DNA of 42,626 nt. Source: an uncultured Thermococci archaeon (GTDB taxonomy: Archaea; CAYQAE01; CAYVLA01). Made by a program: the position numbers and the translations under genes. Of the stretch, positions 27,298 through 36,820 are shown piece by piece; within the stretch, counting starts at the first letter, position 1, and each line of letters opens with the position of its first letter. The notes under the pieces were generated by a model. The model had not been told where the DNA came from, made no database searches, and saw nothing but the letters and a program-made list of their open reading frames with translations. The stretch lies in the NCBI GenBank assembly GCA_964549615.1, contig CAZJVP010000044.1, forward strand, positions 1 through 42,626. Direction: 5' to 3'.

Positions 27298-27411
27298 TCG
27301 CAGGTCTAGGCCATGGCTTGAACGAGCGATCGTCTGGAGAAGGTCCCCTTACCCTCAAAGGTCGCTTCGCCGCCCCGGCTGCGCGTGCATATGCCCCGAG
27401 AGGTGACTCGG

Positions 27412-28152
27412 ATGGATGAGGAGGAGCTCCTTTGCTTGCTGAAGTCGAAATTCGGGGAGGACCTGGTGCGCGAAGGGCTCAGGCTTGCCGACGCAGGGGT
27501 TTTCTTCAGGAAGGACCGCATCATGGTGGACCCCGGGAAGGGGAGGTTCAAAGATATCGGGACCGCGTCCGTCTCAAAAACGGAGTCGAAGGTGGAATTT
27601 GACCCGGAGTCCCTCTCAACCAGATGCCTTTCGTGCGGTCCTTCGGCAGGAGGCGTCTGTCAACACAAACTTGCCGTGGCCGTCGCGTGCAACCGACAGG
27701 GATTCCTGACGGACGACATGATCATCAGGCTCATCGACACCCTGCATGGGCCCGCCAAAGAAGGCTCACGGCTTAGCGCCCGAATATGCCCGAACTGCAA
27801 AGGACCACTCGATGTGGCGAGCCAGATCATCTGTCCTAGCTGCGGCCACGCTGTCTGTCCGAACTGTTACCGTCCCGGGAACCGGATGTGCTCAAGGTGC
27901 TACGAGGTCGAGTTCGAAGGCAAAAGGTTCATGCCCGTCGGTTTCAGGGCGGCCGCGAAGGACGTTCTCAGACCCCTGGCCAGGCCAGCCGTAGGGATGT
28001 TGCTCGCCTATGCTTTCGTGTGGCTCCTTTTCTACAGCAAGCCCCTGAAAGAGCTCCATCCACTGCTGCCCATATTCCTGATCGTGGCGTTCCTGTGCCT
28101 GCCGCTTCCGGCTTGGGCCTACGTCACCTGGCGCAGGAAATCAAGGACTTGA
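27412..28152 (+). CDS. SWIM-like plus Cys8 (FYVE/RING-like) zinc-finger protein with two C-terminal TM helices
   Basis: RCLSC...CQHKLAV, then CPNC-x11-CPSC-x4-CPNC-x7-CSRC, then two hydrophobic helices and a basic tail. SD GAGGTGA before ATG 27412. Confidence 0.75.
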   Translation: MDEEELLCLLKSKFGEDLVREGLRLADAGVFFRKDRIMVDPGKGRFKDIGTASVSKTESKVEFDPESLSTRCLSCGPSAGGVCQHKLAVAVACNRQGFLTDDMIIRLIDTLHGPAKEGSRLSARICPNCKGPLDVASQIICPSCGHAVCPNCYRPGNRMCSRCYEVEFEGKRFMPVGFRAAAKDVLRPLARPAVGMLLAYAFVWLLFYSKPLKELHPLLPIFLIVAFLCLPLPAWAYVTWRRKSRT

Positions 28153-28246
28153 TCGGCCGAACCGCGTCGGATGCCGCAGATGCGAAGCTGTCCGCCGACA
28201 GACGGATCTGCAACACTTTTCTGGCAAAAGCAGACCACCCCAAAGC

Positions 28247-30367
28247 ATGGCCCGGACCGGGAAAATCCGAACCGCACTTCTGATTGCTTTCATCATGACC
28301 TTGACGACCTGTTGGGCCGCATCGGAGCTCCAAGAAAAAGCTCTGGACGCGATCGAGTCGGCTGCGATGTTTTTCCGCGCCACACTGTCTTGCAGGGGTG
28401 GCTACCTGTGGAAATACAGCGAGGATCTGACGCAATACTGGGGCGAGACCATAGCCACACCGAGCCAGATATGGGTTCAGTCTCCAGGCACCCCGGTCGT
28501 CGGCATGACCTTCCTGAAGGCCCATCAGGCAACGGGCGACAGGCGGTATCTCGAAGCCGCCTCTGCAGCAGCCGGCGCCCTGATCTGGGGGCAGCTCGCC
28601 CCCGGCGGGTGGGATTACAACATCGACTTCTTGGGCGAGGCGAAGTGGCGTTATAGGCACGAGGGCCCTCAGGACACAACAGGGTCGTCAGCCTGCACGT
28701 TCGACGATGACGTGACCCAAGGTGCAACGCGATTCCTCATGGCAATGGACGATGTGCTGAAGGACGAGTCCCTTCACCAGGCCGTACAGTGTGCCCTCGA
28801 GTTCATCATGGAGAGCCAGTTCGAGAACGGCGCATGGCCCCAGTGGTATCCTTTGAAGGGGGGTTACAGCGACATGTACACCTTCAATGACGCGGCGATC
28901 AACGACTGCATCTCGACGATGCTCGAGGCGTACGCTAGGTATGGTGACGAGAGGTACCTTCGCAGCGCGCTCAAGGGAGGAGATTTCATAATAATCTCCC
29001 AGATCGCTGAACCGCAGCCAGGCTGGGCCCAACAGTACCACTGGAACATGAGCCCGGGGTGGGCGCGGTCGTTCGAGCCCCCGGCCGTCTGCAGCAGCGT
29101 GACAGCCCGGAACATAAACTCCCTGCTGGACCTGTACCTTCTGACCGGAAACGAATCCTACCTCTCCCCGATACCCGCCGCGGTCCGATGGCTCAACGAG
29201 TCCCAGATCGGCAAGGATCTCTGGGCTCGGTTCTACGAGCTCGGGACCAACCTGCCGCTGTACTGCGACAGGGACTACAAGCTAACGTACAACCTTTCCG
29301 AGCTCAGCGAGGAAAGGAGGAAAGGCTACAGCTGGCAGGGCTCCTATGCCAAGGGTGCAATCGCAAGGTACTTGGAGGTGACTTCAATGGGCAGGGAAGC
29401 CTACTTGGAGCAAGCAACGAGGCCCCTGACCGATGAGGAGAGGTCACGGAGGGCAGCAAGCATGGAGCCGCTCGTCAGGCAGATCGTGGCTGCCTTGGAT
29501 GAGCAGGGGAGATGGGTGGAGGACGGCTGGATCTACAGCAAGACCTTCAACACGAACATCGGGCATCTCGCGAGCTACTTGGAATACTCCGGCTGGAAGG
29601 GGGCCCCGCCCCAGGCCCCGACGATCAGCGCCTACTGGCTTAACGTCAGCGTTGAGCAGATGACCGTAAGCGTCCAGCTCGAACACGGCCTCGGGCTTGA
29701 CAGGATCCAGAATGTCCTCCTCAGCTTCAGCCCCCGCATACAGGGGGCCGAGGTCGCCCTGATCGACAATGGGATGGGCGTTGACCGGAATCGGAATGAC
29801 GGAGTGTATTCCGCTTCCCTGCGCCCGCCGAAGGAGCTTACCTCCAACTACGTGGGCATGGTCGTCGCGAAGGACGTCGATGGCCACTGGAACCTCTCGG
29901 TCCTTCCCTTGGGCGTTGCGGCGCAGATAGCGAGCCTCCTTGCGGACATCCAAGGCAAGGAGATGGAGGCGCGTGAGCTCGGAGCCGAGGTCCACGACCT
30001 ACTCGAAGACCTGCGCAGGCTGGAGCTTGCCTTGGAAAACATCACCTCGGACAGGCAGGCTCTGGACCTCTTATCCTCGGCCACGGACCTAGCCGTGCGT
30101 TTTGAGGTGGCCGTGCTGAGGAGGCGGATCGAGGTGGCATCCGAATTGATCGCCATGGCCAAGCAAGCAGGGGTGGATACGTCACGGCAGGAGATGTTTT
30201 TGGCAAAGGCGGTGCAGGAATTGGAGAGAGGCAACTACGGACCGGCAAGGCTCTACACGGAATATCCACTCCGTTTGGCCCAGGTGATCCCGGAGCTTTG
30301 GGGCCCCTTCGGCGTTCTTTCGGGACTCGCGCTTGGGGTCCGCCGAGCCCGACGCCCAACGCCCTGA
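28247..30367 (+). CDS. Secreted, C-terminally anchored PL10-family pectate lyase-like protein
   Basis: N-terminal signal peptide. PL10 motifs TFDDDVT, NGAWPQWYP, YTFNDAAI, GWAQQY, WARSFEPP, WARFYELGTN. Then LIDNGMGVDRNRNDGVYSA, a helical stalk and an IPE-hydrophobic-RRARR tail. Confidence 0.82.
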   Translation: MARTGKIRTALLIAFIMTLTTCWAASELQEKALDAIESAAMFFRATLSCRGGYLWKYSEDLTQYWGETIATPSQIWVQSPGTPVVGMTFLKAHQATGDRRYLEAASAAAGALIWGQLAPGGWDYNIDFLGEAKWRYRHEGPQDTTGSSACTFDDDVTQGATRFLMAMDDVLKDESLHQAVQCALEFIMESQFENGAWPQWYPLKGGYSDMYTFNDAAINDCISTMLEAYARYGDERYLRSALKGGDFIIISQIAEPQPGWAQQYHWNMSPGWARSFEPPAVCSSVTARNINSLLDLYLLTGNESYLSPIPAAVRWLNESQIGKDLWARFYELGTNLPLYCDRDYKLTYNLSELSEERRKGYSWQGSYAKGAIARYLEVTSMGREAYLEQATRPLTDEERSRRAASMEPLVRQIVAALDEQGRWVEDGWIYSKTFNTNIGHLASYLEYSGWKGAPPQAPTISAYWLNVSVEQMTVSVQLEHGLGLDRIQNVLLSFSPRIQGAEVALIDNGMGVDRNRNDGVYSASLRPPKELTSNYVGMVVAKDVDGHWNLSVLPLGVAAQIASLLADIQGKEMEARELGAEVHDLLEDLRRLELALENITSDRQALDLLSSATDLAVRFEVAVLRRRIEVASELIAMAKQAGVDTSRQEMFLAKAVQELERGNYGPARLYTEYPLRLAQVIPELWGPFGVLSGLALGVRRARRPTP

Positions 30368-30429
30368 GGCTTGGATCGGCCCCGTGCAGCTGCGGCGGGC
30401 GTCCTTGCTGGAGCGGGTCCCGGCCTTGA

Positions 30430-31653
30430 CTAGCCTATCTGCCGTGCAACCCACTCATACGTTGCGGCCTTGCAGGCATCGGTATGAACGTGCCCGGTCG
30501 TTACCTCGTGGCGAACCCCCTTGGGCCCTCGAAGCGTGTTGTACGCCGCGTATATGCCCGTGGGCGGGCAGATATCGTCGAGGAAGCCGAGGCTGAACAG
30601 GGAGGGACAGTGGATCATGGATGCGAAGTTCACGCCATCGATGTATCTTGCAGCCCTCACATGCACGGGATCCGGAACCCCTTTGCGCAGCCTGATCAGA
30701 TTCGGCCACCCTGCCGCACGGCCGACCACAGGCCCGGTGAGATCGCAGTGCGTGCTGCACGACGCAACCAGACCCGTGACCTTGCCGCTGAGGGCGGCCG
30801 CCGCAAGGGCCTGTCCCCCGCCCTGGCTGTGCCCCTCCACGAAGAGGTTCTCGCCGTCCCACTCTGCCCTCTCGCAGAGAAAGTCCACCGCTCTAACCGC
30901 ACGGAGGAACATCCCTCGGAAGTACAGCCTCTCTCGCCTGGTCCTTCCGCGCTTTGCATAGCGGCTGAGGCTTCCCATCCGGAGCCTCAGATAGAAATCC
31001 TTGGGCATATCGTTGGGTATGGGGTGGGGGTTGATGCTCAGAACCATAACTTCTCGCCGGGTCCAGTCCAGCCCATTTTCCGGGGGAACCGGGTACACTC
31101 CCGACCCGTGGTAGCGCACGAGCCCAGGAAAGGGGCCTCTTCCCCGAGGAATCAGGAGCCAGCCGTGGATGTTTCGCCCGCCCGGCATGCTGATTACCGC
31201 CTTGTATATCCTCCCATCCGGACAATCGCCGTGATGCGTCACGCTCGCCCTCAACGGTCCGGAGATCAGCCTCTCTTTTTGATCGCCCCAGAACTCCTGG
31301 AAATCACCGGGGATCGGCATCGACGGGGCTATCCTTTCGGGAGCCACGGCGGCCGCGGCCCCAAGACTTTGCTTTCCCCCGCTCAACCCAAGCTCTACCC
31401 AGATGCTGATGAAACCGGGCGCTTCGCATGGAACCTCAACCTCCCAGGGAAGATCGCTAGGCTCCAGGACCCCGGAGCCGACCGTGGAGAAACCGTCCCT
31501 GACGATGCTATACCTCATCGACGCTCGCGGCGATCGAAACCGATCATGCGGCTCAACGCGAAACAGAACGGTTTCACCCACCCTGTAGACGGCTGTGGGC
31601 CGGTCGGTGCGCAGAGCCAGCACAGGTCCATTCCCTTGTAATGATGAGGCCAT
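30430..31653 (-). CDS. Acetylxylan esterase / cephalosporin-C deacetylase (CE7)
   Basis: PGDFQEFW, GPFPGLVRYHG, RAVDFL, nucleophile elbow GHSQGG, GFLDDICPP, AAYN, GH. Start reassigned to ATG 31653 to avoid overlap with the upstream permease. Confidence 0.88.
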   Translation of the reverse strand: MASSLQGNGPVLALRTDRPTAVYRVGETVLFRVEPHDRFRSPRASMRYSIVRDGFSTVGSGVLEPSDLPWEVEVPCEAPGFISIWVELGLSGGKQSLGAAAAVAPERIAPSMPIPGDFQEFWGDQKERLISGPLRASVTHHGDCPDGRIYKAVISMPGGRNIHGWLLIPRGRGPFPGLVRYHGSGVYPVPPENGLDWTRREVMVLSINPHPIPNDMPKDFYLRLRMGSLSRYAKRGRTRRERLYFRGMFLRAVRAVDFLCERAEWDGENLFVEGHSQGGGQALAAAALSGKVTGLVASCSTHCDLTGPVVGRAAGWPNLIRLRKGVPDPVHVRAARYIDGVNFASMIHCPSLFSLGFLDDICPPTGIYAAYNTLRGPKGVRHEVTTGHVHTDACKAATYEWVARQIG

Positions 31654-31808
31654 CCAATCACTGCCTTGATTGCGCTCCGACCTCCCAAGGCTGGGGAGGG
31701 CCTTGAACAATGGTATGCCTCTTGCGCTGGGCTTCGAGCCCGACCGGGGATGTCCACGCTGGACTGAGTGCGCGCCGCGTTTCGGGCCGAACCCTGACTG
31801 TACAACGG

Positions 31809-32951
31809 TCACTTCGGCCCTTTCAGGCATTTCTCGGGCGGCCTCCAGACGACGAAGACGACCGGCAGCACCGATCCGATCAGCCCAACGGTCAGGCCGA
31901 GGAACAATCCGAGGATTGCCTTCCCAGGCCCGCACGCGGAGGCAAGATCGATCTCAGGCGCGATTCCACCCAGCTTCGCGAGGACGTTGCCGACCACCAC
32001 GATGATGTAGCCGAGCATCGCCCCAACGGTTCCGATGATAATCCCCTCGGCCGCGAAGATCTCCAGAGTCGTGGTCGTCTCCGCGCCGAGGGCGCGGATC
32101 GTTCCTATCTCGATCAGCCGCTCGTAGAGGGAGATCTCCATCAGGTTCATGTAGATTATGAGTGCCATCAGGCCGGCTGCGAGCGGAAGCTCCCAGCGCT
32201 TGGTCACTACAAGCCCTGCCCCGCCCTCGCTCACGTAGAAGGTGACGTGTTGAATGAAGTTCGCACACACCAGGCTTAGGACGAGGACGAGAAAGAAAGT
32301 CCTCAGTTTGCGTCTCCAGATGCTCCGCAGGGACAAGGTGAAGAAGTCCAGATCTATCAGCGGAGCGGGCGCAGTGTACGCCGAGTACAGCCCATGCAGC
32401 TCTCTGGCGGTTGATAGCTGTGCCTCCCTTGTCCCGGGCCACCTGAAGCATTCACCGCGGCTGAGCGGTGAGGTCCGACGCGCCGCGGCCGAGGCGTCCT
32501 CCACGAAGCCCACGTCGGCTCCAAGCCGCTGAAGGTCCTGGACGATCGAGATGACGATTGGGAGCTCCACGTTCACCAGGCTTACCCTGTACATGGTGGC
32601 AGGGAGCCGCGAGAGAATCTTCATCAACGGCCCGTCGCCGGCCGTATCTCGGTACGGTATTCTCAGGCTCACCGTCGTCCCCTCCGTCAGGGGACTCAGT
32701 GGATCGTCCGACCTCAGCATTCCCTCGATCCATTCGCGCCTGCCACGCCGAACCCTCCTGATCTCGTAGAAGCGCGAAAGGACACCCTCAAGCGCGCCAA
32801 GGCTAATCTGCGATCTCTTCAGCAGGAGTTCCATCCTTCGCGCCTTCAACTGAAGCGCCTCCTGCAAGGGGCCCTGCAGCGTGAGCTGGAGAGTACCTTT
32901 TGGGGCAAGATGCATCAACAACCATTGCCCTTGACCAGTGGGCGTGACCAA
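31809..32951 (-). CDS. FtsX-like ABC transporter permease domain protein with a soluble N-terminal extension
   Basis: LSLRSIWRRKLRTF, MNLMEISLYERLIEIGTIRALGA, IFAAEGIIIG..GAMLG. Start uncertain. Confidence 0.75.
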   Translation of the reverse strand: MVTPTGQGQWLLMHLAPKGTLQLTLQGPLQEALQLKARRMELLLKRSQISLGALEGVLSRFYEIRRVRRGRREWIEGMLRSDDPLSPLTEGTTVSLRIPYRDTAGDGPLMKILSRLPATMYRVSLVNVELPIVISIVQDLQRLGADVGFVEDASAAARRTSPLSRGECFRWPGTREAQLSTARELHGLYSAYTAPAPLIDLDFFTLSLRSIWRRKLRTFFLVLVLSLVCANFIQHVTFYVSEGGAGLVVTKRWELPLAAGLMALIIYMNLMEISLYERLIEIGTIRALGAETTTTLEIFAAEGIIIGTVGAMLGYIIVVVGNVLAKLGGIAPEIDLASACGPGKAILGLFLGLTVGLIGSVLPVVFVVWRPPEKCLKGPK

Positions 32952-33059
32952 ATCCCTGCGCCCATGCCAGTACTTTAAGCCTTTGTCCGAGCCGATGAGT
33001 TCCAGGGTTAGACCATTTATGAACGGGCTCGAAATTTGCAGGTAAGAGGTTTCAACATC

Positions 33060-34250
33060 ATGACCCCTAGGGAAAGGTTCCTTGAGGTGGCGCTGTTCGG
33101 CAAGCCCGATCGCATACCTCTGGCGGTGGGGGGCGTCAGGCCGCTCACGAGGGATGCGTGGATCAAACAGGGGCTGCCTCGGGACGGGAACGTCCCAAGG
33201 TTCTTGGGCTTCGAGAGCTGCATGCTGAGCTCGTCGAACATAACCTCCTTTCCAGGCGAGGGCTTCAAGTGGAAACCCAGCCCGTCATCGATCAACATCG
33301 GTCCTCTGCCACCCTTCAGGCACAGGATACTTAGGCAGGATGAGAGACACCGCATCTGGACGGACAGCCTCGGCATAACCCAGATGGGATTCCAACACGA
33401 CTGGAGGAAGGGCTGGAGCGGGTTCGCCACTAGGGTCTTCATGGATTTTCCGGTCAAGAACCGAAAGGACTTCCTGAAGATCAAGAAACGCTACAACCCG
33501 GACGACCCGCGTAGGTATCCTAGGAACTGGGATGAGATGGCCAAGACCTACCGCGCCAGGGATTACCCCCTGAGCATGGTCATCAGGGGGCCGTTCTGGT
33601 GGACGAGGGATATGACCGGGCTGAAGATGATAGCAACGGGGATCTACAGGCAGCCGCAGCTCGTACGCGAGATCATGGATTTCTGTGCCGAGTTCCAGAT
33701 GGGGGTCCTGCACAGGGCGCTGGACTCCGTGGATCTGGACTACGTCGTCATGTCGGAGGACATGGCTTACAAGAACGGCCCCATGATTGGCCCAAGGACC
33801 ATGCGGGAGTTCATGGGGCAGGCTTACATGCATATCACGCGGAGCTTTCGCGAGCATGGGGTGAAGGTCATCATGGTCGACAGCGACGGCAACCCCGAGG
33901 CCCTCATACCAGAGTGGATAAAGTTGGGCATCAACGGCCTCACCCCGTGCGAAGTCGCCGCCGGCGTGGACGTCGTCAGACTGGGCCAACGGTACCCCCG
34001 CCTCGTCATGATGGGCGGCCTGGACAAGAGGAAGTTAGCCAGGGGGAAAGAAGCCACAAGGCAGGAGGTCCTGTACAAGGTTCCGCCCTTGGTGAAGAGG
34101 AAGGGCTTCTTTCCGGGGGTCGACCATGCCGTTCCGCCGGACATAACGCTTGAGACTTTCGCATATTTCGTCAACCTGCTCAAGGATCTATGCGGGTGGA
34201 CGAGGCCCGATGGGTTAGGTAGCACTACGCCCGCAACGCGCGGAAACTGA
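33060..34250 (+). CDS. Uroporphyrinogen decarboxylase / MtaA-CmuA methyltransferase-like family protein
   Basis: MTPRERF...GKPDRIP, FPVKNRKDF, SEDMAYKNGPMIGP, MVDSDGN, PCEVAAGVD, MGGLDKR, GFFPGVDHAVPPD. Confidence 0.9.
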   Translation: MTPRERFLEVALFGKPDRIPLAVGGVRPLTRDAWIKQGLPRDGNVPRFLGFESCMLSSSNITSFPGEGFKWKPSPSSINIGPLPPFRHRILRQDERHRIWTDSLGITQMGFQHDWRKGWSGFATRVFMDFPVKNRKDFLKIKKRYNPDDPRRYPRNWDEMAKTYRARDYPLSMVIRGPFWWTRDMTGLKMIATGIYRQPQLVREIMDFCAEFQMGVLHRALDSVDLDYVVMSEDMAYKNGPMIGPRTMREFMGQAYMHITRSFREHGVKVIMVDSDGNPEALIPEWIKLGINGLTPCEVAAGVDVVRLGQRYPRLVMMGGLDKRKLARGKEATRQEVLYKVPPLVKRKGFFPGVDHAVPPDITLETFAYFVNLLKDLCGWTRPDGLGSTTPATRGN

Positions 34251-34491
34251 AAGCGTTCCCCAAAAGCGTGCACGCGCGGGCCAAGCTCGAATGTCGTCAG
34301 AGCATGACTGCGGCGCGCATCCGGAGCAAGCGATCTTGAAGCCGGCGGGCGAGCTCGGAGGCGGCGCGGACTAAGCCGAGAATCAAGGCCGCGGAAGCCT
34401 CACCACGTCGAGCCGCCCCGGCAAGACCCTCTGCGCAAGACCGACCACTACGCCATCAGGGGACCGAGTATCCAAAATGAGCGAAAGGCGC

Positions 34492-35784
34492 TCAGCCCTC
34501 GACCGGCCACCACTCAGAGTCCGTGCGCGCCTTGGCCAGATACGCCTCCATCTCCCTGACAATCTCCGGGTGGCTTTCAGCTAGGTCACGCGTCTCCCCC
34601 GGGTCCCGTCCCAAGTCGAACAGCTCAAGACGTCCGGCCAAGCCGTGCCGAATGGCCTTCCACCTTCCCTTGCGCACGGCCTGCTGAAATCCGCCCGCGT
34701 GACGTTCCCAGTAGAACGCCCTCTCACCCCAGGTCTGCCGCTCACCGAACAATAAGGGGACCACGCTCACGCCATCGATTCCGGCCGGAGGGCTCACTCC
34801 ACCCAATTCAGCAGCCGTCGGCAAAAAGTCGGCGAAGTACCATGCGACGTCGCTCACCTTCCCCTCCGGGATATGCCCGGGCCAGCGGACTATCATCGGC
34901 GTGCGGATTCCGCCCTCGTACAGTTCCCCCTTGCCCCCGCTAAGCTCGCCGCAGCTGTCGAATATCCCCTCCCAGCGCCGCGCCGCTCCGTTGTCCGAAC
35001 ACAAGAAGACGATGGTCCGATCATCGATCCCCTCTTCCCCAAGCAGACCCAAGATGCGTCCGACATCGCGGTCCAGGCGGGACACCATCGCCGCGTAGAC
35101 CTTGGCCTCCTCTGGCCAGGGCTTGTTGGCGTAATCCTCAAGGCTGGGTATCTCGTACCGTCCGTGGGGCAGGGTGTACGCGACGTAGAGGAAGAACGGA
35201 TGCTCTCTGTGCCTCTTGATGAAGTCCGAGGCGAAATCCGTGAAGAGGTCGTGCGAGTACCTTCCTCGCTGCCCGCCTTGGTTGCCCTCGATGATTCTTT
35301 TCTCTTGGTTTAGCCACAGCTCGGCTGGGTAGTAATTGTGCGCCCTCCTCTGGTTCAGGTACCCGAACCACTCATCGAAACCCTTCAGATTCGGCACCCC
35401 GGGCGTTCCCGCCTCACCGAGTCCCCACTTGCCCGTTGCACCGGTCACATACCCTCCGCCCCTGAGCACCTCCGCCACCGTAACATCCTCCGGCTTCAGG
35501 AAACCTCGCCGCTGAGGAGGCCCGTCATCGAGGACCAGAACGCTCCCCGCCTTGGCGAAGTTGTCGCGCACGCGGGTGTGCCCGGCGTGCTCGCCAGTCA
35601 TCAGCACGCTTCTCGAAGGTGCACAGACGGGGGCCCCTGCATAGCACTGCGTGAACCGGATTCCCTCCGCCGCCATCCTGTCGATGTTGGGCGTCAAGAT
35701 GCTGCGCTGCCCGTAGCAACCGAGATCATGGTATCCCAGATCGTCGGCCAGGATGAGAACGATGTTCGGTCTGTGCCTGCTCAA
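34492..35784 (-). CDS. Arylsulfatase A-like (Cys-type, formylglycine-dependent) sulfatase
   Basis: RPNIVLILADDLGY, TPNIDRMA, CAPSRSVLMTG, GKWGLG, PFFLY..YTLPH, SDNG, GKGELYEGGIRTP, ELFDL..DPGE. Start TTG 35784 after AGGTGA. No signal peptide. Confidence 0.93.
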   Translation of the reverse strand: MSRHRPNIVLILADDLGYHDLGCYGQRSILTPNIDRMAAEGIRFTQCYAGAPVCAPSRSVLMTGEHAGHTRVRDNFAKAGSVLVLDDGPPQRRGFLKPEDVTVAEVLRGGGYVTGATGKWGLGEAGTPGVPNLKGFDEWFGYLNQRRAHNYYPAELWLNQEKRIIEGNQGGQRGRYSHDLFTDFASDFIKRHREHPFFLYVAYTLPHGRYEIPSLEDYANKPWPEEAKVYAAMVSRLDRDVGRILGLLGEEGIDDRTIVFLCSDNGAARRWEGIFDSCGELSGGKGELYEGGIRTPMIVRWPGHIPEGKVSDVAWYFADFLPTAAELGGVSPPAGIDGVSVVPLLFGERQTWGERAFYWERHAGGFQQAVRKGRWKAIRHGLAGRLELFDLGRDPGETRDLAESHPEIVREMEAYLAKARTDSEWWPVEG

Positions 35785-35829
35785 CAGCTCACCTGATTCA
35801 GGCAACAGACAGCAAGTCAAATAGCTTAT

Positions 35830-35850
35830 GGTTCAAGGTTCAAGGTTTAA
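35830..35850. repeat. Short tandem 7-mer repeat GGTT(C/T)AA x3 in a divergent promoter region
   Basis: GGTTCAA GGTTCAA GGTTTAA between the sulfatase and PHP start codons. Confidence 0.55.
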
Positions 35851-35929
35851 GTCAAGAGCGCGATCCGCCACTTGGGCGGCCTTTAGAGCCGAAGGAGCGA
35901 CTTTTCAACGAGCTATTCCGGCCCCTCGC

Positions 35930-36820
35930 ATGCGCCCCACCTGGCACGACCTAGAACTGTGGCACGTTGACCTGCACATACATGCTGGAACCGAGAGGCC
36001 CGAGCAATACGCGGCGATCGATTTCATCAGGTACGCGGTCGCCACGGGACGTCGCATCATAGGAATAACTGATCACTTCGGACGATTCCTGGGCAGGTCG
36101 CGTAAGAAGCTGAACCACTATCCGGGAACCTTGGATGGCTACCGTTCCTTCGCGCAAGATGTTGCAAGGACGAGGGAGGCATTCCGGGACCAACTCATAT
36201 TGTTCGGCCCCGAGATCGGGCTGGGCTCCCTGTCGTGCCCGGATGAGGCGGCTCAAGCTCTATCCGTGCCAGAGGTCGATTTCTTCATCGGGGAAGCCGG
36301 AGGCCCGCCGGAGGGTCAATCGCTGGGAGAGTACCTGGTCAGGGGAGTGAGGGAAATCGACAGGGCGAGGAAGGAGTGGGGCCGACCCGGGTTCCTCGGC
36401 CATCCTCTCAGGTGGCCGATCAACCAGATAGTTGGGAAGACTGGGCCAGGCCCCGGGATGCCCAGCCATGAACCGTTCCCGCCGCTTGGCTCATTGGACG
36501 ATCCAAAGGGACACGTCGAGCACCTTCTTGGAATCGACATCGACGCGCTGTCCTCCGAGATGGTGCGCCGGGATGTGCCGGTGGAGATAAACGAAGGCGA
36601 CTGGGATCGGATCCTCGCGATGAACCACAGATCCTTCGCAGAACGCTACCTCTTCTTCTACCGGGCTCTCATCCAAGCCGGCACGGGAGTCGTCCTAAGC
36701 AGCGACATGCACAACGTGGAACGCGGACGGCCCACGGCCTTCGTGGTTGCCGAGATGCTTGGGGTCCGACCAACCGACATGGGCTTCCTGCGCTACTGGC
36801 TGGGTGAGGCTCGGCTGTGA
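35930..36820 (+). CDS. PHP-domain metallohydrolase
   Basis: VDLHIH, IGITDH, FGPEI, LGHP, VEIN, LSSDMH. Start reassigned to ATG 35930. Confidence 0.85.
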   Translation: MRPTWHDLELWHVDLHIHAGTERPEQYAAIDFIRYAVATGRRIIGITDHFGRFLGRSRKKLNHYPGTLDGYRSFAQDVARTREAFRDQLILFGPEIGLGSLSCPDEAAQALSVPEVDFFIGEAGGPPEGQSLGEYLVRGVREIDRARKEWGRPGFLGHPLRWPINQIVGKTGPGPGMPSHEPFPPLGSLDDPKGHVEHLLGIDIDALSSEMVRRDVPVEINEGDWDRILAMNHRSFAERYLFFYRALIQAGTGVVLSSDMHNVERGRPTAFVVAEMLGVRPTDMGFLRYWLGEARL

